Positions 55,014-64,000 of a stretch of DNA of 64,000 nt are shown here, in pieces. Position numbers and translations under genes: made by a program. Source of the DNA: Spirochaetia bacterium. Lineage in GTDB: Bacteria > Spirochaetota > Spirochaetia > DSM-2461. The DNA lies in NCBI GenBank assembly GCA_963666985.2, contig CAXXIA010000002.1, forward strand, positions 2,848,001 to 2,912,000. Direction: 5' to 3'. The number at the start of each line of letters is the position of its first letter. The first letter of the stretch is position 1. The notes under the pieces are model-generated. The model saw only the letters and a program-made list of their open reading frames with translations. It was not told where the DNA came from and did no database searches.

Positions 55014-57338
55014 CTATCCGATATTCCCTTCAGCTTCAAAAGGGTTTTTCTTCCCCTTCCCGAAGGCCGTCCATCGGCCGCTCATCAGGTTGAAAACCGG
55101 AATAAAGAGCGCCACGAGAAGAATGGCGAAGGCCATCCAGAACACGTTGTGGCCGTTGGTTATCTGGAAGAACAGGGTGGCCACGCTCCAGGCAAGAATC
55201 GTCAGGTAAATCATAGACAGCCATCCGAACTTCGGTCCGATTTCCCGGATGATTGCGCCGAAGGCCGCCAGACAGGGGAAGTAGATCAGAACGAAGAGCA
55301 GATAGGCGAAAGCACGGGTCCATTCGTTGTTGAAGGAAGCGCGAAGCTGTCCGAATGTCGTAGCTTCCGCTCCGATATCCTCGGCAAGAGTCCCTTCATC
55401 CTCATGCATGAGAGAGGTTCCCAGAGGATCTCCCAGGGCTCCGAAAATGCCGGCCAGTCCTTCGGGAATGCTGACCAGGGCTTCCACGACGGCGCCGCCG
55501 AAAGAAAAACCTTCTTCTTCCTCGGCTTCGCCGTTATCCGCGGCGGCGGCTTCGGCGGCGGCCATTTGTCCGTAGAGGCCGCTCATTGTTCCGACGATGG
55601 CTTCCTTGGCGAAAAGACCGGTCATGAGGCCGACCGTTGCCGGCCAGTTCTCTTTCTCAATGCCCATGGGTGAAAACACCGGAGTTACGGCCTCGCTTAC
55701 CGCGGCGAGAACGGAGTTCTGATCATCTTCGTTCCCAAAACTGCCGTCCACTCCCAAGGAATTGAAGAACGCCAAAACCAGAACCGCGATAACGATCACT
55801 TTCCCGGCCCGGGTCATGAAAACCTTCAGACGGTCCCACGTGCGGGCCATGATCATTTTAAAACGCGGTGCGTGGTAGGGCGGCAGCTCCATAACGAAAT
55901 GACTGGCCTCGCCCCGGAACAGGGTTCCTTTCAGCATCAGGCCGGTAAAAACCGCCAGAAGGATTCCGGACATATAAATGGCGAAGACCATCAGTCCGGA
56001 ACGGGCGCCGAAGAACGCCGCTCCGAAGAGGGCGTAAACAGGCAATCGAGCGCCGCAGGACATGAAAGGAGCCATGAAGACGGTCAGGTACCTGTCTTTC
56101 TTATTCTCCAGGGTTCGTGTGGCCATGACGGCGGGAACCGTGCAGCCGAATCCCACCAGCATCGGAACGAAGGCTTTGCCCGGCAGCCCGAGCATCCGCA
56201 TGAAGCGGTCCATCACGAAAGCGGCTCGTGCCATGTAACCGGAATCTTCCAGAATGGAGAGCATCAGGAACATGAAGAAAATGACGGGAATGAACGTCGC
56301 CACGGTTTGAATACCGGCGCCGACGCCTCCGGCCAGGAGAATGGTGAGCCATTCGGGCGATCCGACGGCTTCCAGAAGAATCCCGAAGCCGTCCACGAAT
56401 ATGGCACCGAAGAGAATGTCGAAGAAGTCGATAAAAGCCCCGCCGATGTGGGTAACAACCCAGAAGAGCACGTACATTACTCCGAGGAAGATGGGGATGC
56501 CCGCCCATTTGTTAAGAACGACTTTATCGATCTTTTCCGTGGCCGCCTCAATTCCTTTCTTTTTCTTCACGGCCTTGTTCATCAATTCGGTGATGTGTTC
56601 GAATTTCGACTCGGCAATGATGATGTCGGGCGTATCGCCCAGTGTACTTTCGATTGCGGTCAGTCCGGCGGAGATTTCCTCTTTGCTCAGGCTTCCCGAA
56701 GAGATTGTTCGGGCCGTGGCCTCTTCATCTTCTTCAAGCAGCATTACGGCGGTCTGCCTGGGATGCTGTTTCAGCTTGCCGGACCATTCATTTATAATGT
56801 TTTCAACGGCTTCCGGATATTTCACCGGAGATGCGGTCGCGGAAGGAGAGAGGAGAGCGTCGCCGATGGCTTTGCGGACATCCCGAACATCCGCCGTGTT
56901 CAGGGCGTTAATCGCCATGACGGGAATGCCCAGAGCGTCGGAGAGTGCCTGCGTGTCTATGTCGACGCCCTGCTTCTCCGCCTGATCTTTCATGCTGAGT
57001 ACGAGGAACATGGGTTTCCCCATTTCCATGAGGGTCATCGTTAGAAATAGGTTTCGTTCCAGGTTTGATGCATCGGCGATATTAACCACCAGATCCGTCT
57101 CACCGGAAAGAACATGGTTGCGGGCGATGATTTCGTCTTCGCTCCCGGCGTTCAGGGAGTAAATGCCGGGGAGATCGACCACCTCGATATTCTTGTCTCC
57201 CACCAGAAATCCCGTCTTTTTTTCAACGGTTACGCCGGGCCAGTTGCCGATGTGCTGGTTGCTGCCGGTAAGGCCGTTAAAGAGTGTTGATTTTCCGCAG
57301 TTCGGATTTCCGACGACGGCTATGGACTTCTTGTTCAT
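55014..57338 (-). CDS. feoB: ferrous iron transport protein B
   Basis: GNPNCGKS, GNWPGVT, DLPG, EDSGYM.RAA, GFGC.VP, PFMSC.AR, FVMELP. Confidence 0.97.
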   Translation of the reverse strand: MNKKSIAVVGNPNCGKSTLFNGLTGSNQHIGNWPGVTVEKKTGFLVGDKNIEVVDLPGIYSLNAGSEDEIIARNHVLSGETDLVVNIADASNLERNLFLTMTLMEMGKPMFLVLSMKDQAEKQGVDIDTQALSDALGIPVMAINALNTADVRDVRKAIGDALLSPSATASPVKYPEAVENIINEWSGKLKQHPRQTAVMLLEEDEEATARTISSGSLSKEEISAGLTAIESTLGDTPDIIIAESKFEHITELMNKAVKKKKGIEAATEKIDKVVLNKWAGIPIFLGVMYVLFWVVTHIGGAFIDFFDILFGAIFVDGFGILLEAVGSPEWLTILLAGGVGAGIQTVATFIPVIFFMFLMLSILEDSGYMARAAFVMDRFMRMLGLPGKAFVPMLVGFGCTVPAVMATRTLENKKDRYLTVFMAPFMSCGARLPVYALFGAAFFGARSGLMVFAIYMSGILLAVFTGLMLKGTLFRGEASHFVMELPPYHAPRFKMIMARTWDRLKVFMTRAGKVIVIAVLVLAFFNSLGVDGSFGNEDDQNSVLAAVSEAVTPVFSPMGIEKENWPATVGLMTGLFAKEAIVGTMSGLYGQMAAAEAAAADNGEAEEEEGFSFGGAVVEALVSIPEGLAGIFGALGDPLGTSLMHEDEGTLAEDIGAEATTFGQLRASFNNEWTRAFAYLLFVLIYFPCLAAFGAIIREIGPKFGWLSMIYLTILAWSVATLFFQITNGHNVFWMAFAILLVALFIPVFNLMSGRWTAFGKGKKNPFEAEGNIG

Positions 57339-57568
57339 GAGACTTTCCTTATTCTTAGGACATCGGCTTCGCCTTTGCGGAGGGAAAGCTTGAATCCTCT
57401 CACTTCTATTTCCACCGGATCACCCATGGGGGCCACCTTTTTTAAAGTAAAGACGGTTCCTTTCGTCAGTCCCATGGAAAGAAGTTTTCTCCTGTATGCT
57501 TTTTCCGCCGGGTCGTATCCGACCACTTCAGCGGAGTCGCCGACGGAGATTTCCCGTATGTTTGTCAT
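57335..57568 (-). CDS. feoA: ferrous iron transport protein A
   Basis: RRKLLSMGL..G, APMGDPVEI..RG..LSLRK.EA. Start placed at MTNIRE after the AGGGAG RBS; alternative start 57589. Confidence 0.93.
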   Translation of the reverse strand: MTNIREISVGDSAEVVGYDPAEKAYRRKLLSMGLTKGTVFTLKKVAPMGDPVEIEVRGFKLSLRKGEADVLRIRKVS

Positions 57569-57597
57569 CTGCAACTCCCTTGTGCTCATAGTTAAAA

Positions 57598-57613
57598 ATT
57601 AGAAGTATCTAAT
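57598..57613. promoter_or_regulatory. putative DtxR/MntR-type operator downstream of an internal feoA-feoB promoter
   Basis: ATTAGA-AGTA-TCTAAT palindrome; minus-strand TTGCAT-17-TAAAAT at 57659-57631. Confidence 0.65.
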
Positions 57614-57670
57614 ATTAGTTAGCATGAACAATTTTAATTGAACCATACAAACGATGCAATGCATTTTCGA

Positions 57671-57886
57671 CTATTTTACGTGGACTTTCCTGGCCATTCC
57701 TTGGCCGAGCATAATTTGGCGGCCCATTACGGAAAGAAGCATGGGGCTGCTTCCCGCACGGCGGATGATTGTAACCGGAACTCCGGGTATAAGACCCATG
57801 TCCATAAGTTTCCTCCGGGCGGTTCTGCCGCCGTCGATTCTGGAGATAACAACTTTCGTTCCGTTTTGAGCTTCGTCTAATCCCAT
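57671..57886 (-). CDS. feoA: second FeoA-family protein
   Basis: RRKLMDMGLIPG..V.I…G..P, G.GMA.KV.V. Confidence 0.9.
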   Translation of the reverse strand: MGLDEAQNGTKVVISRIDGGRTARRKLMDMGLIPGVPVTIIRRAGSSPMLLSVMGRQIMLGQGMARKVHVK

Positions 57887-57896
57887 TATTAAGCCT

Positions 57897-58403
57897 TTAT
57901 GTAGCGGGACCGGCAACGGCCGAGTCCATGTAATGCGCCGGTGATGCCAGATTTCTCGCCGAAACGCCGTTCTTTTCGCAGAATTCCTCGAATTTTTCCT
58001 GCATGGCGGATCCTCTCTCTTCAGCCGAAGAGATGAACTTCATGAATTCAAGAAAACGTGCCATTACCGCCGGCTTCATGGCATGTTCCAGCCTGCAGGC
58101 GGTTTCGTCGGCATCTTTGCGGTCAACTCCCAGGATGTCGACGAAGAATTTACGGAATACCGAATGGGTTTCCGAAAGCCGTCTGGCTTCGATCTTTCCG
58201 CTGTCGGTAAGGGAGATGACTCCGTAGGGTTCGTAATTGACGAACCCCGTGTCCCTGAGATTTCTTAATGCGACGGTAACCGATGAATTTTTCACTTTAA
58301 GGCGCTCCGCGATGTCTTTGACGCGAACGCCCCCTTTTACGAGAATGATGTCATAGATTGCTTCAAGATAATCTTCCAGTGCTTCGGTTAAGATGGGACT
58401 CAT
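57897..58403 (-). CDS. DtxR/MntR-family metal-dependent repressor
   Basis: EDYLEAIY, RVKDIA..L.V..SSVT, YEPYG.I.LT..G, ACRLEH. Confidence 0.94.
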   Translation of the reverse strand: MSPILTEALEDYLEAIYDIILVKGGVRVKDIAERLKVKNSSVTVALRNLRDTGFVNYEPYGVISLTDSGKIEARRLSETHSVFRKFFVDILGVDRKDADETACRLEHAMKPAVMARFLEFMKFISSAEERGSAMQEKFEEFCEKNGVSARNLASPAHYMDSAVAGPAT

Positions 58404-58424
58404 AAAACACCATCGCAATAAAAA

Positions 58425-58442
58425 TTTTAGAACAGTCTAAAA
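58425..58442. promoter_or_regulatory. putative DtxR/MntR-type autoregulatory operator
   Basis: TTTTAGA-ACAG-TCTAAAA palindrome overlapping the minus-strand TTGACG-17-TATTTT promoter. Confidence 0.65.
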
Positions 58443-58502
58443 ATATAGGAGAAAGGGTTAAGCGTCAAGAAGAGCGGGTGTTTTGGTTTATTAATTTGTT
58501 GA

Positions 58503-58521
58503 ATGAATAACGATTATTCAT
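58503..58521. promoter_or_regulatory. palindromic operator upstream of the RND operon
   Basis: ATGAATAA-CGA-TTATTCAT perfect 8-bp inverted repeat between a TTGAAT -35-like and a -10-like hexamer. Confidence 0.55.
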
Positions 58522-58552
58522 GATATTGTATATATAAAAAAGGATGAGGGAC

Positions 58553-59647
58553 ATGAGAAATATAAAAACAGGATTGACGATTGTTTTGTTCACCGCGGCC
58601 GTTCTCTTTGTTCTCTTCTCCTGTTCCCGTGGAAGTGATGCTTCCACGGGCGCCTCAGAATCGATTAACGATGAAACGGCGCGTACCGTCGCCGTGGAAG
58701 GAATGAACGCCGCCCAAGGCCGTTTGGTGGAGGAAATCCTCGGCGCCGGCACGGCCGAGGGAATACGGGAAGCTTGGGTTGTTTCCGAAACCGAGGGACT
58801 GATTCGCAGTGTGCTTTTTGATTTCGGAGATACTGTCTCCGAAGGGCAAATCCTTCTCACCGTTGATTCGGATTTGGCCGAACGGAATCGGGATTTGGCC
58901 GAACAGAGATATGCGACCGCTTCACTGGAATTCAAAGCGGCACAAAAGTCCCGCGAGAACGGCAGCATCTCGGAATTGCAGTACAGCAGAACCGCGGATG
59001 CTCTGCTCGCCGCGGAGTCGGCCAGGGAGGAAGCCCGGGAGGCTTTTCAAAAAACCCGGTTAACGGCTCCTTTTTCCGGAGCCGTGGCCGCCCGGAGCGC
59101 GGATATCGGAATCGGGAATTACCTCGTCAGAGGAATCCGGGTTGTAAAAATCGTCGACGATTCGGCCTTTAGGACCGTTATCGGCGTTGGAGAAGGACAG
59201 GTTCTTCTTCTCCGCGAGGGTTCCGCCGCGTATATCACCGGGAATGACGGCGTAACGCGCGTGGGATCGGTTGCCGCGGTTTCCGCGGGCAGCGATGATG
59301 CCACGGGAAGTTTCGCCGTCGTGATTGAATGGATTCCTCGGCCGGAGGATGATTTAAAATCGGGAATGTCCGTTCGTGCCGCCGTCGAAGCGACGGAAAT
59401 GCCGGAACGGATCATTCTTCCCTCTTATGCGATTCTGCAGCGGGGCGGTGCGGAATTCGTTTATATCGAGTCGGAAGGCAAAGCCGAACTTCGGGAGATT
59501 CGAACGGGTTCGCGTCTGGGGGAACGTGTTGAAGTTCTTGAAGGACTTCAAGCGGGAGAAATCGTTGTAACCAGCGGACTGGCCTCTTTGGCGCAAGGAG
59601 TTCCCGTAAAGGTTACGATGGTCGGGAAAACGGATGACGCCCGATGA
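58553..59647 (+). CDS. RND efflux periplasmic adaptor (membrane fusion lipoprotein)
   Basis: Lipobox LFSC; GDTVSEGQIL, LTAPFSG, LKSGM, VLEGL.AGE.VV. Confidence 0.92.
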   Translation: MRNIKTGLTIVLFTAAVLFVLFSCSRGSDASTGASESINDETARTVAVEGMNAAQGRLVEEILGAGTAEGIREAWVVSETEGLIRSVLFDFGDTVSEGQILLTVDSDLAERNRDLAEQRYATASLEFKAAQKSRENGSISELQYSRTADALLAAESAREEAREAFQKTRLTAPFSGAVAARSADIGIGNYLVRGIRVVKIVDDSAFRTVIGVGEGQVLLLREGSAAYITGNDGVTRVGSVAAVSAGSDDATGSFAVVIEWIPRPEDDLKSGMSVRAAVEATEMPERIILPSYAILQRGGAEFVYIESEGKAELREIRTGSRLGERVEVLEGLQAGEIVVTSGLASLAQGVPVKVTMVGKTDDAR

Positions 59648-62600
59648 AAATTGGAGATTTTTCCGTTCGGAATCCCGTTTTTGTGAATATCTTCATGTTC
59701 GCTCTTTTGGCCCTGGGAGCTTTGACTCTTATCCGAATGCCGCGGGAGCAGTATTCCGAGGTGCCTTTCTATTTCGCCAATATCGCGGTTCCTTGGCCGG
59801 GCGTCTCGGCGCAGGAAATTGAGAAAAGGATTCTTATCCCCATTGAAGAAGAAATGCAGGGACTCGAAGACGTGGATAAGATTATTTCAGAAGCCGACCA
59901 AGGTATCGGAGCGGTGAGCGTCCGATTTCAGGACGGTATTTCACAGGCCCGTTTTGATAAACTGTTTCAGGATGTCGACACGCGATTTTCCCGTGTTGAA
60001 TTACCCGAGGGGACTCTGACCGCGTCGCTGGAGAGTTTTTCTTCCAATGATTTCATCCCGGTTATTGAAGTCGTGCTGTTCGGTGATGTCGGTTACGACG
60101 AATTGGTCCGGTCGGCCGAGCTGCTGCTTCAGCCGATGCGCCGGATTCCCGATGTGGCCGATGTGGAGATTATCGGATCCAGGGAAAAGCGCCTGGAGAT
60201 TTCCGCCGATCGAACGGCCCTGGAATCCCGGAATATTTCTTTGGATGAATTGGTCGCGGCTGTTCAGTCCCGTCATATCAATGTTCCCGGCGGTACTCTG
60301 GAAACGGAGAATCGTGATTATCTGGTTCGAACGGTCGGCGAGGCGCAAAGCCCCGAAGCCTTCGGCGAAGTCGTGGTCCGCAGAGAATCGAACGGCGGTG
60401 TTGTACGACTCAGGGATGTTGCATCCGTTCAAACCGAATACGATCCCCAAGGGGCGTATACCCGCTTCAACGGAAACACGTCCGTTGTTCTTCGCGTAAC
60501 CAAGGTTCCCCGGGGAGGGTCCGTCAAGATTATCGAGAGCGTAAAAAACATCGTCGAGGAAAAGCGAAGCCGGATTTCAGGTGATATCGGCATCGCCTAT
60601 ATGAACGATTCTTCGATTCCCATCCGCGCGAGTCTTGATGTGCTGCAGACCAACGCCCTGCTGGGTCTTGTTCTTTTAGTCGGTATTCTTTATTTCTTCG
60701 TCGGTTTGAGAAACGCCCTGATAACGGGGTTGGGAATTCCGGTTACATTCGCCGTTACTTTGATAATTCTGGATATAACCGGAGCCACCATCAACAGCAA
60801 TACTCTTTTCGGTTTGGTCCTTGTCCTCGGAATGCTGGTGGATCATGCGATTGTTATTACGGAGAACAGTTTCAGGCTTCAGCAGTCCGGGCTTTCCCGG
60901 CGAAGCGCGGCTGTTGAGGGTACCGACCAGGTCGCCATACCCGTTATCGCCGCGTCGGCCACGACAGTCGCGGCATTTCTTCCCCTCATCCTTCTTCCGG
61001 GACTTATCGGGAAGTTCCTCCGTGTTATTCCCGTAACGGTTACCATTGCTCTCATTGTTTCCACGGCGGAGGCTTTGTTCTTTCTGCCGTCCCATTATGC
61101 CGATTGGCCTTCGGGGCGCCGCCGGCACGATGAAAGGCGTTTCTTTTCGGTTTTTCTCGCGAAGTATCGCCGTCTATTGGAATTTTCTTATCACTATCGG
61201 CGAATAACCGTGCCGGCGGTGATCATTCTCGTATTTCTCTCTTTCGCTTTGATTCCTTTTCTCGGTCAGGATCTTTTCAGCGCGGAGGATTATTCCGTCG
61301 TCTACATCGATATTACCATGCCTCCCGGATCGCCTATTGAGAAAACGGACCGCGTCGCATCCCGTTTTGAGGAACGATTAATCCCTCTTATCGGGAACGG
61401 TGAGGTTGAGGCGGTCGCGGTATCCATAGGATTTCTCTCGGGCGGTTCCGGGAATACTGCGGAGGCCGCCGTGGCTCAGATTACGGTGGATTTGAGTGAA
61501 AAAGGGGCCGGGCGCGAACGGTCCGTTACCGAAGTCATGGCCGATCTTAAAGGATTAACCGACGATATCGCCGGAGCCGATCGTGTTCTGTTTCGAAAAG
61601 CCACGACCGGTCCGCCCACGGACGATCCGATTGAATACCGTATTTTCGGAGACAGTTATGACGAGATGCTCATCGTTGCCGACAGGATTCGCCGGGAACT
61701 GGCGGAAGATTGGTCCGTCGTCAATATTGAAGACAACTATAAACCGGGAACACCCGAACTCACCGTTCGGGTGAATGAAGAGAGAGCCGCCTCCTATGGT
61801 CTTTCGGTTCTGTCCATCGGGCGTTTTTTACGGGCGTCCGTCGAAGGCGTCGAAGCCGCGTCTTTTTTCAAAGACAATACGTCTCTTGATATTCTTGTGC
61901 GGTTTTCGGATTCGGGAGAACTGTCGCCGGCGCTGCTCCAGCAGCTTCGGATTCCCACATTCGCAGGAACGGCCGTTCCCTTCAGCGCGGTGGCGGCCAT
62001 TGAAAGCGGAACTCCCGTGGCCTCGATTAAAAGACTGGACGGCCGCAGGGAATTGACGATTTCGGCCCAGACTCTGGATAAGGATCGTGTTTCCGAGCTC
62101 AACAGGAAAATGCAGAAGATCTTTGATGAGGAGTATGCATCGCGTTATCCCGGCGTGGAGCTGTCCGTCGGCGGTGAGTTTGCCGAATTCAGCGATCTGC
62201 TGATCCGCATCTTGAGAATTTTCCTGCTTGGTATTTTCCTTATCTATATCATCCTTGGAACTCAATTCAAGAGCTACCTTCAGCCGTTCCTTATCCTCTT
62301 TACCGTACCGATGGCTTTTTTCGGCGTTGTTATCTATCTCTTCATTTCCGGAACGCCCTTCAGTACGACGGTTCTGTATGCGGGTGTGGCTTTGGCCGGT
62401 ATCGCGGTAAACGACGCCATCGTACTGATCAGCTTCGCCAATAAACAGCGTTCAAAGGGGATTTCGGTAAACGAGGCGGTTATCGAAGCGGCGCTGCTGC
62501 GTTTTCGTCCCATCATCCTAACCAGTCTTACCACGATCGCCGGATTGGTTCCCACGGCTTTGGGACTGGGGGGGCGATCCGTTGTCTGGGGGCCGATGGC

Positions 62601-62706
62601 TTCGACCATCATTATCGGTCTTCTTTTCTCCACGGTCGGAACGCTGGTATTCATTCCCGCGCTGTATGGGATGTTCTTTGACAGAGGCGGACGGAAAGCG
62701 GCGTGA
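59644..62706 (+). CDS. RND efflux permease (AcrB/AcrD/AcrF family)
   Basis: 1020 aa; GMLVD.AIV..EN, AFLPL, GIAVNDAIV, RFRPIILTSLTT, PMA. Confidence 0.95.
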   Translation: MKIGDFSVRNPVFVNIFMFALLALGALTLIRMPREQYSEVPFYFANIAVPWPGVSAQEIEKRILIPIEEEMQGLEDVDKIISEADQGIGAVSVRFQDGISQARFDKLFQDVDTRFSRVELPEGTLTASLESFSSNDFIPVIEVVLFGDVGYDELVRSAELLLQPMRRIPDVADVEIIGSREKRLEISADRTALESRNISLDELVAAVQSRHINVPGGTLETENRDYLVRTVGEAQSPEAFGEVVVRRESNGGVVRLRDVASVQTEYDPQGAYTRFNGNTSVVLRVTKVPRGGSVKIIESVKNIVEEKRSRISGDIGIAYMNDSSIPIRASLDVLQTNALLGLVLLVGILYFFVGLRNALITGLGIPVTFAVTLIILDITGATINSNTLFGLVLVLGMLVDHAIVITENSFRLQQSGLSRRSAAVEGTDQVAIPVIAASATTVAAFLPLILLPGLIGKFLRVIPVTVTIALIVSTAEALFFLPSHYADWPSGRRRHDERRFFSVFLAKYRRLLEFSYHYRRITVPAVIILVFLSFALIPFLGQDLFSAEDYSVVYIDITMPPGSPIEKTDRVASRFEERLIPLIGNGEVEAVAVSIGFLSGGSGNTAEAAVAQITVDLSEKGAGRERSVTEVMADLKGLTDDIAGADRVLFRKATTGPPTDDPIEYRIFGDSYDEMLIVADRIRRELAEDWSVVNIEDNYKPGTPELTVRVNEERAASYGLSVLSIGRFLRASVEGVEAASFFKDNTSLDILVRFSDSGELSPALLQQLRIPTFAGTAVPFSAVAAIESGTPVASIKRLDGRRELTISAQTLDKDRVSELNRKMQKIFDEEYASRYPGVELSVGGEFAEFSDLLIRILRIFLLGIFLIYIILGTQFKSYLQPFLILFTVPMAFFGVVIYLFISGTPFSTTVLYAGVALAGIAVNDAIVLISFANKQRSKGISVNEAVIEAALLRFRPIILTSLTTIAGLVPTALGLGGRSVVWGPMASTIIIGLLFSTVGTLVFIPALYGMFFDRGGRKAA

Positions 62707-62826
62707 TGATTTCTTTAGCCGGCCTGTTTAACCTGATTGGCGGATTTCGAGGTGAAGGTTTCGGCCGGACTTCGTATTTCAACCGGCGGGCTCCTTCGCA
62801 GACATAAATAGGCTATGATACATTCC

Positions 62827-63576
62827 ATGAATTCACCCGTGCGTAAACGGACCTGGATCGTGAGCTCGGCCGCCGCCGCTGTTTTGATTTGGAGCCTTGC
62901 CTCCCGCATTGTCGGCCGTGAGATTCTCCTGCCCTCGCCGGAACTCACCGTGATGTATCTGTTTCACATGTTCCTCAGCGGGGAAACCTGGATGGCCGTG
63001 GGATTGACTTTGATCCGTGTAATTCTTGCCTTCGCAATGAATATCGTCGTTTCACTTGCTCTGGGAATTGCGGCGGGATTTTTCGAACGGGCGGAATACG
63101 CTCTTACTCCGGTGCTGACGGTAATGAAATCCGTCCCTACCATGGGCATTATTCTGCTTTCCCTTATCTGGTTCAAATCCGGGGCGGCCGTTCTTTTCGT
63201 CTGTTCTCTGATTATTTTTCCCGTGCTTTACAGCTCCGTGCTTACGGGTATCAAAAACCTGGATGTCGGTCTCTTGGAAATGCATCGGGTTTTCCGTATA
63301 CGGAGAACGAGAATGCTGCGTCATTTTATCGTGCCTTCCTTACGGCCTCATTTCATCGCCGGCATGATGTCCGGACTCGGCCTTGCGATGAAGGTGGTTA
63401 TCGCGGCGGAGGTTTTGGCGCAGCCGAAGATAGGGATCGGTACGATGTTCCAGATTGAACGGGCCCGGCTGAACACAACGGGTGTTTTCGCCTGGTCTTT
63501 ATTGGTGATTATTCTGACGGCGTTCACGGATCTTCTTTTTTCCACTTTGAAGAAACGCTGTGAGGTTCGGCCGTAA
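62827..63576 (+). CDS. ABC transporter permease (NitT/TauT/SsuC-like)
   Basis: LPSP, TL.RV, LLEM..VF, K.VIAAE; start placed at MNSP 7 nt after TATGAT. Confidence 0.9.
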   Translation: MNSPVRKRTWIVSSAAAAVLIWSLASRIVGREILLPSPELTVMYLFHMFLSGETWMAVGLTLIRVILAFAMNIVVSLALGIAAGFFERAEYALTPVLTVMKSVPTMGIILLSLIWFKSGAAVLFVCSLIIFPVLYSSVLTGIKNLDVGLLEMHRVFRIRRTRMLRHFIVPSLRPHFIAGMMSGLGLAMKVVIAAEVLAQPKIGIGTMFQIERARLNTTGVFAWSLLVIILTAFTDLLFSTLKKRCEVRP

Positions 63577-64000
63577 TGCGCTTGCAAGGGATTCATAAAC
63601 GTTTCGGGGAAATGGTTCTGTACGACGGACTCGATTTCTCTCCCGTGGAGAATGGTGTAACCTGTCTGCTCGGCCCCTCCGGATGCGGTAAAACGACGCT
63701 GCTGAATTTGGCGGCCGGATTGATTCTTCCCGATTCGGGTTCCGTTGAAGAGAGCGGACGCGTATCTTACGTTTTTCAGGAAGAACGGCTTCTGCCGTGG
63801 GAAACCGTTGAATTCAACGCCATGTACGCCATGGACCATGCTCTTTCCGCGGCCGAACGCCGCGAAACGATCGGCGAATTGCTGGAAGCTTTGGAAATCG
63901 CGGATGCCTCGGATAAATATCCTGCTCAGATCAGCGGCGGAATGGCCAGGCGTACGGCGCTGGCACGGGCTCTTGCCGCGCCGTTCGATACGCTGCTTCT
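63576..64000 (+). CDS. ABC transporter ATP-binding protein (NitT/TauT-like; runs off the window)
   Basis: Manual translation MRLQGIHKRFG…GPSGCGKTT…VFQEERLLPW…ISGGMARR; TAATG overlap with the permease. Confidence 0.9.
   Translation, partial: MRLQGIHKRFGEMVLYDGLDFSPVENGVTCLLGPSGCGKTTLLNLAAGLILPDSGSVEESGRVSYVFQEERLLPWETVEFNAMYAMDHALSAAERRETIGELLEALEIADASDKYPAQISGGMARRTALARALAAPFDTLL

Noticed and set aside
55872..57044. 390-aa plus-strand ORF
   Set aside because: Antisense shadow of feoB with no recognisable motifs; expected in GC-rich coding DNA
1..64000. tRNA/rRNA genes, CRISPR arrays, transposases, integrases, prophage or canonical defence genes; sigma54 -24/-12 promoters
   Set aside because: None recognisable by eye in the intergenic regions or the ORF set; tRNAscan/Rfam/DefenseFinder runs would be needed to exclude them formally

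Overview
A 64-kb chromosomal window from a free-living spirochaete (inferred from the lptCAB-rpoN-hpf-hprK-HPr block, spirochaete-style lipoproteins and the overall gene set). A housekeeping core (lptCAB, rpoN, hpf, hprK, HPr, an NtrY/NtrX-like two-component pair, lexA, holA, radA, two cyclophilin-FKBP fusions, serA, aspS) is interleaved with accessory modules. These are a LacI-controlled sugar ABC transporter with two sulfatases; a porin-like/CotH-kinase/DUF4956 triplet; an exported WD40-caspase (C14) protein; a LysR-sulfatase-TRAP unit; an AT-rich HK-REC-GGDEF gene carrying a zinc-ribbon insertion; ROK-MFS; DtxR-feoA-feoA-feoB with two matching operator palindromes; an RND efflux pair; and a truncated NitT/TauT-type ABC operon. 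I found no rRNA, tRNA, CRISPR array, transposase or prophage gene. The most notable signals are the CotH envelope module, the Zn-ribbon inside the GGDEF domain, a recurrent leaderless-promoter architecture at eight or more genes, a DctP lacking the carboxylate-binding Arg next to a sulfatase, and a degenerate cyclophilin paralogue. All calls come from reading motifs by eye; no database searches were run.
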